From: a virus
Lineage: Duplodnaviria; Heunggongvirae; Uroviricota; Caudoviricetes
Reading direction: 5' to 3' (one strand)
Virus record (IMG/VR): IMGVR_UViG_2728369553_000011
DNA length: 13,332 bases
How positions within the stretch are numbered: position 1 is the stretch's first letter; each line of letters starts with the position of its first letter. The notes beneath the pieces are model-generated. The model did not search any database. It had not been told where the DNA came from and saw nothing but the letters and a program-made list of their open reading frames with translations. The translations under genes and the position numbers were made by a program. Of the stretch, positions 6,931-13,332 are shown in pieces.

Positions 6931-7102
6931 GTGAATTTTGTGATGCGGTGAATGCGGCTAAGCGCACGTGGCACAGTTAAAAGTCATGTTAGTCCTTATT
7001 GGTTTGGGTGGGAAAGCCGACTGTAATTGTTAACTGGTTGCAGTCACCTGGAGGCACCAGGCACCGCATCAACAAAGTTCATTTGTAAAAATGGAGATAA
7101 TT

Positions 7103-7324
7103 ATGATTGCACATCACTTCGGAACTGATGAAATACCACGTCAGTGTGTGACTCCTGGCGATTATGTTCTTCATGAAGGCCGGACATATATTGCCTCGGC
7201 AAACAATATTAAAAAGCGAAAACTATATATTCGTAACCTGACCACAAAAACATGCATTACTGACCGCATGATTAAAGTCTTCCTCGGTCGTGATGGTTTA
7301 CCTGTAAAGGCGGAGTCATGGTGA
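7103..7324 (+). CDS. kilR: KilR, Rac prophage cell-division inhibitor (73 aa)
   Basis: ATG 7103 with GGAGA 6 nt upstream. Translation [73 protein letters not shown]. Stop TGA overlaps the ydaE ATG by 1 nt. Confidence 0.85.
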   Translation: MIAHHFGTDEIPRQCVTPGDYVLHEGRTYIASANNIKKRKLYIRNLTTKTCITDRMIKVFLGRDGLPVKAESW

Positions 7325-7494
7325 TGACTAAGAAAATAAAATGTGCTTACCACCTTTGCAAAAAAGACGTTGAAGAAAGCAAAGCTATTGAAAAAATGCT
7401 TCACTTCATGCACGGGATTTTATCAAAAGACGAACCGAGAAAATATTGCAGTGAAGCTTGTGCCGAAAAAGACCAGATGGCACATGAACTTTAA
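7324..7494 (+). CDS. ydaE: YdaE, small Cys-rich (CxxC…CxxxC) Rac prophage protein (56 aa)
   Basis: ATG 7324 in a TGATG overlap with kilR. Translation [56 protein letters not shown]. Below the ORF-track cutoff. Confidence 0.7.
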   Translation: MTKKIKCAYHLCKKDVEESKAIEKMLHFMHGILSKDEPRKYCSEACAEKDQMAHEL

Positions 7495-7568
7495 TTAATT
7501 GACTATTCGAAACTGAATTTATGCCAGAAATGGCAGGTATTCGCTCAACCTTAATTAAGGAGAAAAAC

Positions 7569-7844
7569 ATGATTACCAATTATGAAGCCACTGTTGTAAC
7601 TACCGATGACATTGTTCACGAGGTGAATCTGGAAGGAAAGCGCATTGGCTACGTAATTAAAACAGAAAATAAAGAAACCCCATTCACTGTGGTTGATATC
7701 GATGGTCCATCAGGCAACGTAAAAACACTTGATGAAGGTGTCAAAAAAATGTGCCTGGTGCATATCGGAAAGAATCTGCCCGCAGAAAAAAAAGCCGAAT
7801 TTCTGGCAACTCTAATTGCAATGAAATTAAAAGGTGAAATCTGA
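7569..7844 (+). CDS. racC: RacC, Rac prophage protein (91 aa)
   Basis: ATG 7569 preceded by AAGGAG. Translation MITNYEATVVTTDDIVHEVNLEGKRIGYVIKTENKETPF… The track ORF 7521..7844 is an N-terminally extended version. Confidence 0.85.
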   Translation: MITNYEATVVTTDDIVHEVNLEGKRIGYVIKTENKETPFTVVDIDGPSGNVKTLDEGVKKMCLVHIGKNLPAEKKAEFLATLIAMKLKGEI

Positions 7845-7849
7845 AAGAA

Positions 7850-7874
7850 ATAGCCTGCGTATGGCGCAGGCTAT
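7850..7874. promoter_or_regulatory. Perfect 10-bp stem / 5-nt loop hairpin (ATAGCCTGCG tatgg CGCAGGCTAT) 6 nt after the racC stop, in the racC-recE spacer
   Basis: Seen in sequence. No U-tract follows on the + strand; a T-rich tract (TTCTTTCAGATTTC) follows on the - strand. Confidence 0.4.
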
Positions 7875-7945
7875 GAACAGTGTGTATCCGGCAAGATCAT
7901 TCACTGAACAAAACGAATTTTAATCTGAGTTGAGGTTAAAAAACA

Positions 7946-10546
7946 ATGAGCACAAAACCACTCTTCCTGTTACGGAAAGCGAAAAAATCATCCAGTGAAC
8001 CTGACGTCGTCCTGTGGGCAAGCAACGATTTTGAATCGACCTGTGCCACTCTGGACTACCTGATCGTTAAGTCAGGTAAAAAACTGAGCAGCTATTTTAA
8101 AGCTGTTGCCACGAATTTTCCTGTCGTTAATGACCTGCCCGCTGAAGGTGAGATCGATTTTACCTGGAGTGAACGCTATCAACTCAGCAAAGACTCCATG
8201 ACATGGGAACTAAAACCGGGAGCAGCACCAGACAACGCTCACTATCAAGGCAATACCAACGTCAACGGCGAAGACATGACTGAGATTGAGGAGAATATGC
8301 TACTCCCAATTTCTGGCCAGGAACTGCCCATTCGTTGGCTTGCTCAACACGGCAGCGAAAAACCGGTAACGCACGTTTCACGCGACGGACTCCAGGCATT
8401 ACACATTGCTCGGGCTGAAGAACTACCGGCTGTTACTGCCCTGGCTGTTTCCCACAAAACCAGCCTGCTCGACCCGCTGGAAATTCGCGAACTCCACAAA
8501 CTGGTTCGTGACACTGACAAAGTTTTCCCTAATCCTGGTAATTCAAACCTGGGACTGATAACTGCTTTTTTCGAAGCATACCTGAACGCTGACTACACCG
8601 ATCGAGGACTGCTGACAAAAGAGTGGATGAAGGGTAATCGTGTTTCACACATCACTCGCACGGCTTCCGGTGCTAATGCTGGCGGCGGAAACCTCACCGA
8701 TCGCGGCGAAGGTTTCGTACACGATCTGACGTCACTGGCGCGCGACGTAGCCACTGGCGTACTGGCCCGTTCAATGGATCTGGACATCTATAACCTTCAT
8801 CCGGCACACGCTAAACGCATTGAGGAAATTATCGCTGAAAATAAACCGCCCTTTTCTGTTTTCCGCGACAAATTCATCACCATGCCTGGCGGGCTGGATT
8901 ATTCCCGCGCCATCGTGGTTGCGTCCGTAAAAGAAGCACCAATTGGGATCGAGGTCATCCCCGCGCACGTCACTGAATATCTGAACAAAGTACTGACTGA
9001 AACCGATCATGCCAACCCTGATCCGGAAATCGTGGATATTGCCTGCGGTCGCTCCTCTGCCCCGATGCCGCAGCGAGTAACAGAAGAAGGAAAACAGGAT
9101 GATGAAGAAAAACCGCAACCATCTGGAACAACGGCAGTTGAACAGGGAGAGGCTGAAACAATGGAACCGGACGCAACTGAACATCATCAGGACACGCAGC
9201 CGCTGGATGCTCAGTCACAGGTAAATTCTGTTGATGCGAAATATCAGGAACTGCGGGCAGAACTCCATGAAGCCCGGAAAAACATTCCATCAAAAAATCC
9301 TGTCGATGACGATAAATTGCTTGCTGCATCACGTGGTGAATTTGTTGACGGAATTAGCGACCCGAACGATCCGAAATGGGTAAAGGGGATCCAGACTCGC
9401 GATTGTGTGTACCAGAACCAGCCAGAAACGGAAAAAACCAGCCCAGATATGAATCAACCTGAGCCAGTAGTGCAACAGGAACCGGAAATAGCCTGCAATG
9501 CCTGCGGCCAGACTGGCGGGGATAACTGCCCTGACTGTGGTGCGGTGATGGGCGACGCAACATACCAGGAAACATTCGATGAAGAGAGTCAGGTTGAAGC
9601 TAAGGAAAATGATCCGGAGGAAATGGAAGGCGCTGAACATCCGCACAATGAGAATGCTGGCAGCGATCCGCATCGCGATTGCAGTGATGAAACTGGCGAA
9701 GTCGCAGATCCCGTAATCGTAGAAGACATAGAGCCAGGTATTTATTACGGAATTTCGAATGAGAATTACCACGCGGGTCCCGGTATCAGTAAGTCTCAGC
9801 TCGATGACATTGCTGATACTCCGGCACTATATTTGTGGCGTAAAAATGCCCCCGTGGACACCACAAAGACAAAAACGCTCGATTTAGGAACTGCTTTCCA
9901 CTGCCGGGTACTTGAACCGGAAGAATTCAGTAACCGCTTTATCGTAGCACCTGAATTTAACCGCCGTACAAACGCCGGAAAAGAAGAAGAGAAAGCGTTT
10001 CTGATGGAATGCGCAAGCACAGGAAAAACGGTTATCACTGCGGAAGAAGGCCGGAAAATTGAACTCATGTATCAAAGCGTTATGGCTTTGCCGCTGGGGC
10101 AATGGCTTGTTGAAAGCGCCGGACACGCTGAATCATCAATTTACTGGGAAGATCCTGAAACAGGAATTTTGTGTCGGTGCCGTCCGGACAAAATTATCCC
10201 TGAATTTCACTGGATCATGGACGTGAAAACTACGGCGGATATTCAACGATTCAAAACCGCTTATTACGACTACCGCTATCACGTTCAGGATGCATTCTAC
10301 AGTGACGGTTATGAAGCACAGTTTGGAGTGCAGCCAACTTTCGTTTTTCTGGTTGCCAGCACAACTATTGAATGCGGACGTTATCCGGTTGAAATTTTCA
10401 TGATGGGCGAAGAAGCAAAACTGGCAGGTCAACAGGAATATCACCGCAATCTGCGAACCCTGTCTGACTGCCTGAATACCGATGAATGGCCAGCTATTAA
10501 GACATTATCACTGCCCCGCTGGGCTAAGGAATATGCAAATGACTAA
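7946..10546 (+). CDS. recE: RecE, exonuclease VIII (866 aa), 5'-3' dsDNA exonuclease of the RecET recombination pathway
   Basis: 866-aa [32 protein letters not shown]…, with an acidic central region and a C-terminal nuclease domain. GAGG upstream of the ATG. Followed by recT with an 8-nt overlap. Confidence 0.95.
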   Translation: MSTKPLFLLRKAKKSSSEPDVVLWASNDFESTCATLDYLIVKSGKKLSSYFKAVATNFPVVNDLPAEGEIDFTWSERYQLSKDSMTWELKPGAAPDNAHYQGNTNVNGEDMTEIEENMLLPISGQELPIRWLAQHGSEKPVTHVSRDGLQALHIARAEELPAVTALAVSHKTSLLDPLEIRELHKLVRDTDKVFPNPGNSNLGLITAFFEAYLNADYTDRGLLTKEWMKGNRVSHITRTASGANAGGGNLTDRGEGFVHDLTSLARDVATGVLARSMDLDIYNLHPAHAKRIEEIIAENKPPFSVFRDKFITMPGGLDYSRAIVVASVKEAPIGIEVIPAHVTEYLNKVLTETDHANPDPEIVDIACGRSSAPMPQRVTEEGKQDDEEKPQPSGTTAVEQGEAETMEPDATEHHQDTQPLDAQSQVNSVDAKYQELRAELHEARKNIPSKNPVDDDKLLAASRGEFVDGISDPNDPKWVKGIQTRDCVYQNQPETEKTSPDMNQPEPVVQQEPEIACNACGQTGGDNCPDCGAVMGDATYQETFDEESQVEAKENDPEEMEGAEHPHNENAGSDPHRDCSDETGEVADPVIVEDIEPGIYYGISNENYHAGPGISKSQLDDIADTPALYLWRKNAPVDTTKTKTLDLGTAFHCRVLEPEEFSNRFIVAPEFNRRTNAGKEEEKAFLMECASTGKTVITAEEGRKIELMYQSVMALPLGQWLVESAGHAESSIYWEDPETGILCRCRPDKIIPEFHWIMDVKTTADIQRFKTAYYDYRYHVQDAFYSDGYEAQFGVQPTFVFLVASTTIECGRYPVEIFMMGEEAKLAGQQEYHRNLRTLSDCLNTDEWPAIKTLSLPRWAKEYAND

Positions 10547-11348
10547 GCAACCACCAATCGCAAAAGCCGATCTGCAAAAAACTCAGGGAAACCGTGCACC
10601 AGCAGCAGTTAAAAATAGCGACGTGATTAGTTTTATTAACCAGCCATCAATGAAAGAGCAACTGGCAGCAGCTCTTCCACGCCATATGACGGCTGAACGT
10701 ATGATCCGTATCGCCACCACAGAAATTCGTAAAGTTCCGGCGTTAGGAAACTGTGACACTATGAGTTTTGTCAGTGCGATCGTACAGTGTTCACAGCTCG
10801 GACTTGAGCCAGGTAGCGCCCTCGGTCATGCATATTTACTGCCTTTTGGTAATAAAAACGAAAAGAGCGGTAAAAAGAACGTTCAGCTAATCATTGGCTA
10901 TCGCGGCATGATTGATCTGGCTCGCCGTTCTGGTCAAATCGCCAGCCTGTCAGCCCGTGTTGTCCGTGAAGGTGACGAGTTTAGCTTCGAATTTGGCCTT
11001 GATGAAAAGTTAATACACCGCCCGGGAGAAAACGAAGATGCCCCGGTTACCCACGTCTATGCTGTCGCAAGACTGAAAGACGGAGGTACTCAGTTTGAAG
11101 TTATGACGCGCAAACAGATTGAGCTGGTGCGCAGCCTGAGTAAAGCTGGTAATAACGGGCCGTGGGTAACTCACTGGGAAGAAATGGCAAAGAAAACGGC
11201 TATTCGTCGCCTGTTCAAATATCTGCCCGTATCAATTGAGATCCAGCGTGCAGTATCAATGGATGAAAAGGAACCACTGACAATCGATCCTGCAGATTCC
11301 TCTGTATTAACCGGGGAATACAGTGTAATCGATAATTCAGAGGAATAA
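10539..11348 (+). CDS. recT: RecT, single-strand annealing protein (269 aa)
   Basis: ATG 10539 ([24 protein letters not shown]…) overlapping the recE stop (10544-10546); the track ORF 10482..11348 is an N-terminally extended frame. 269 aa matches recalled RecT. Confidence 0.95.
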   Translation: MTKQPPIAKADLQKTQGNRAPAAVKNSDVISFINQPSMKEQLAAALPRHMTAERMIRIATTEIRKVPALGNCDTMSFVSAIVQCSQLGLEPGSALGHAYLLPFGNKNEKSGKKNVQLIIGYRGMIDLARRSGQIASLSARVVREGDEFSFEFGLDEKLIHRPGENEDAPVTHVYAVARLKDGGTQFEVMTRKQIELVRSLSKAGNNGPWVTHWEEMAKKTAIRRLFKYLPVSIEIQRAVSMDEKEPLTIDPADSSVLTGEYSVIDNSEE

Positions 11349-11355
11349 TTCAGCC

Positions 11356-11376
11356 TGGCGGTGTAATGCACCGCCA
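11356..11376 (+). terminator. Hairpin (TGGCGGTG taatg CACCGCCA) 8 nt after the recT stop, followed by AACTTGAAATATTTTTT; possible weak terminator or attenuator before ralR
   Basis: Seen in sequence. The T-tract is displaced about 11 nt from the stem. Confidence 0.3.
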
Positions 11377-11404
11377 ACTTGAAATATTTTTTATGAGAAA
11401 AATT

Positions 11405-11599
11405 ATGAGATATGACAATGTTAAACCATGTCCATTTTGTGGTTGTCCATCAGTAACGGTGAAAGCCATTTCAGGATATTACCGAGCGAAGTGTAACGGA
11501 TGCGAATCCCGAACCGGTTATGGTGGAAGTGAAAAAGAAGCACTCGAAAGATGGAATAAACGAACCACTGGAAATAATAATGGAGGTGTTCATGTATAA
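11405..11599 (+). CDS. ralR: RalR (Lar), restriction-alleviation protein / type I toxin DNase, 64 aa, zinc-ribbon-like
   Basis: ATG 11405. Translation MRYDNVKPCPFCGCPSVTVKAISGYYRAKCNGCESRTGYGGSEKEALERWNKRTTGNNNGGVHV, with CPFC…CNGC motifs. The track ORF 11366..11599 is an extended frame. Confidence 0.85.
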   Translation: MRYDNVKPCPFCGCPSVTVKAISGYYRAKCNGCESRTGYGGSEKEALERWNKRTTGNNNGGVHV

Positions 11600-11801
11600 A
11601 ATTACCGCCACTATTGAAAAGGAAGGTGGCACTCCTACTAACTGGACAAGATATTCAAAATCTAAACTAACGAAATCAGAATGCGAAAAAATGCTCTCAG
11701 GTAAAAAAGAAGCAGGCGTTTCCAGAGAGCAGAAAGTAAAATTGATAAATTTTAATTGCGAGAAACTTCAGTCCTCGAGAATTGCATTGTATTCAAATTA
11801 A
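11592..11801 (+). CDS. ydaC: YdaC, small Rac prophage protein (69 aa)
   Basis: ATG 11592 with GGAGG 5 nt upstream; overlaps the ralR 3' end by 8 nt. Translation MYKITATIEKEGGTPTNWTRYSKSKLTKSECEKMLSGKKEAGVSREQKVKLINFNCEKLQSSRIALYSN. Confidence 0.75.
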   Translation: MYKITATIEKEGGTPTNWTRYSKSKLTKSECEKMLSGKKEAGVSREQKVKLINFNCEKLQSSRIALYSN

Positions 11802-11879
11802 AACTTCATAGCTGATTATTAATAATCAACATCGGGCGTCAATTTCAGTCTAACATTGGCGCCTGCCAGAGGTGATGCG

Positions 11880-12095
11880 ATGGCACAAGTAATCTTTAAT
11901 GAAGAGTGGATGGTTGAATACGGCCTGATGCTTCGCACTGGTCTGGGGGCCAGACAAATTGAAGCATACCGCCAGAACTGTTGGGTGGAGGGCTTCCACT
12001 TCAAACGAGTATCTCCTTTAGGTAAGCCAGACAGCAAACGAGGGATTATCTGGTACAACTATCCAAAGATAAATCAGTTTATCAAAGACTCATGA
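11880..12095 (+). CDS. xisR: XisR (YdaQ), Rac excisionase (71 aa)
   Basis: ATG 11880 with AGGTGA upstream. Translation [71 protein letters not shown]. Stop is 1 nt before the intR ATG. The track ORF starts at an upstream TTG. Confidence 0.85.
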   Translation: MAQVIFNEEWMVEYGLMLRTGLGARQIEAYRQNCWVEGFHFKRVSPLGKPDSKRGIIWYNYPKINQFIKDS

Positions 12096-12096
12096 T

Positions 12097-13332
12097 ATGT
12101 CTAAATTACCAACAGGTGTCGAGATTAGAGGTAGATACATTCGCATCTGGTTCATGTTTCGAGGAAAACGATGTCGGGAAACATTAAAAGGCTGGGAGAT
12201 TACAAACAGTAATATTAAAAAGGCCGGAAATTTAAGAGCGCTGATAGTTCATGAAATAAACTCCGGTGAATTTGAGTATTTAAGACGTTTTCCCCAGTCC
12301 AGCACTGGGGCAAAAATGGTGACAACGAGAGTCATAAAAACGTTCGGAGAGCTTTGTGATATCTGGACAAAAATTAAAGAGACAGAGTTAACAACAAACA
12401 CAATGAAGAAAACGAAATCACAATTAAAAACACTCAGAATAATAATTTGTGAAAGTACCCCGATATCACATATTCGTTATAGCGATATCTTAAACTACCG
12501 GAATGAACTGCTGCATGGAGAAACGCTTTACCTGGATAATCCAAGATCCAACAAAAAAGGAAGAACCGTGCGCACAGTTGATAACTATATCGCCCTGCTC
12601 TGTTCGCTGTTGCGTTTTGCGTATCAGTCGGGATTTATATCAACCAAACCATTTGAAGGAGTAAAAAAATTACAGCGAAACAGAATAAAGCCTGATCCGT
12701 TATCTAAAACAGAATTCAATGCATTAATGGAAAGTGAAAAAGGACAGAGCCAGAACTTGTGGAAATTTGCCGTTTACTCAGGACTTCGTCACGGGGAACT
12801 GGCAGCTCTGGCGTGGGAGGATGTGGATCTCGAAAAGGGAATAGTGAATGTCAGAAGAAACCTGACGATACTTGATATGTTCGGTCCCCCAAAAACAAAT
12901 GCCGGGATCCGAACAGTAACACTACTGCAGCCTGCTCTTGAAGCACTGAAGGAGCAATACAAACTGACCGGGCATCATCGCAAAAGCGAAATCACCTTTT
13001 ATCATCGGGAGTACGGCAGAACCGAAAAGCAAAAACTGCATTTTGTTTTCATGCCCAGGGTGTGTAACGGAAAACAAAAACCTTATTACTCGGTAAGCAG
13101 TTTGGGGGCAAGGTGGAATGCAGCAGTAAAACGTGCTGGTATTCGCCGCCGTAATCCGTACCATACGCGGCATACTTTTGCCTGCTGGCTGTTGACGGCA
13201 GGAGCGAACCCGGCATTTATAGCCAGCCAAATGGGGCATGAAACTGCGCAGATGGTGTATAAAATTTACGGTATGTGGATTGATGACATGAACGACGAAC
13301 AGATAGCCATGTTGAATGCGCGGTTATCGTAG
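12097..13332 (+). CDS. intR: IntR, Rac prophage tyrosine integrase (411 aa)
   Basis: 411-aa ORF MSKLPTGVEIRGRYIRIWFMFRGKRCRETLKGWEITNS… with a C-terminal tyrosine-recombinase catalytic region (…HTRHTFACWLL…GHETAQMVYKIYGMWI…). The window ends exactly at its stop, so the adjacent attachment site is not visible. Confidence 0.93.
   Translation: MSKLPTGVEIRGRYIRIWFMFRGKRCRETLKGWEITNSNIKKAGNLRALIVHEINSGEFEYLRRFPQSSTGAKMVTTRVIKTFGELCDIWTKIKETELTTNTMKKTKSQLKTLRIIICESTPISHIRYSDILNYRNELLHGETLYLDNPRSNKKGRTVRTVDNYIALLCSLLRFAYQSGFISTKPFEGVKKLQRNRIKPDPLSKTEFNALMESEKGQSQNLWKFAVYSGLRHGELAALAWEDVDLEKGIVNVRRNLTILDMFGPPKTNAGIRTVTLLQPALEALKEQYKLTGHHRKSEITFYHREYGRTEKQKLHFVFMPRVCNGKQKPYYSVSSLGARWNAAVKRAGIRRRNPYHTRHTFACWLLTAGANPAFIASQMGHETAQMVYKIYGMWIDDMNDEQIAMLNARLS

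Noticed and set aside
6696-6974. 92-aa minus-strand ORF with an Arg-rich N-terminus upstream of sieB, briefly considered as an N-like antiterminator
   Set aside because: GTG start, wrong strand relative to the kilR-recET operon it would need to antiterminate, and it spans the terminator-like hairpin. Probably a chance ORF.
7171-7413. 80-aa minus-strand ORF
   Set aside because: Antisense to kilR and ydaE, which are well supported by RBS and length.
8593-10444. Minus-strand ORFs inside recE (8593..8787, 8771..9187, 8970..9332, 9329..9772, 9354..9575, 9796..10068, 9884..10126, 10136..10444)
   Set aside because: Antisense to the well-supported 866-aa recE frame. Their low-complexity, repetitive translations mirror the acidic RecE region and they form no coherent gene set.
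11171-13239. Minus-strand ORFs 11171..11377, 11819..12058 and 12922..13239
   Set aside because: Antisense to recT, xisR and intR respectively. No independent support.
1-13332. CRISPR array, IS element or rRNA
   Set aside because: No regularly spaced direct repeats, no terminal inverted repeats flanking a transposase-like ORF, and no rRNA-like sequence were seen.

Overview
This window is the early, immunity and recombination region of an Escherichia coli Rac-type defective lambdoid prophage, in the reverse of the usual K-12 map orientation. Gene names come from recalled protein sequences and lengths, not from a database search. From right to left it holds intR, xisR, ydaC, ralR, recT, recE, racC, ydaE, kilR (all + strand), sieB (-), ydaF, ydaG and racR (+), then a leftward cro/cII/O/P-like replication operon on the - strand: ydaS, ydaT, a ydaU-like gene, and a DnaC-like ydaV-like loader interrupted by two N-masked gaps. 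Left of that lie two unrecognised phage ORFs, a 334-bp spacer, and the 5' two-thirds of a BCCT-family transporter gene that is missing from the ORF track because it runs off the window edge. The most interesting unexplained signals are a family of 19-bp palindromes (GTAACGCY-N3-AGCGTTAC) plus CGTTTTTGTAAC-type direct repeats in and upstream of the ydaU-like gene, which look like origin iterons or operators, and GTAC-core repeats bracketing racR. No CRISPR, tRNA, rRNA or IS element was found. I see no clear novel defence operon, so the candidates for novelty are the left-end ORFs and the repeat architecture.
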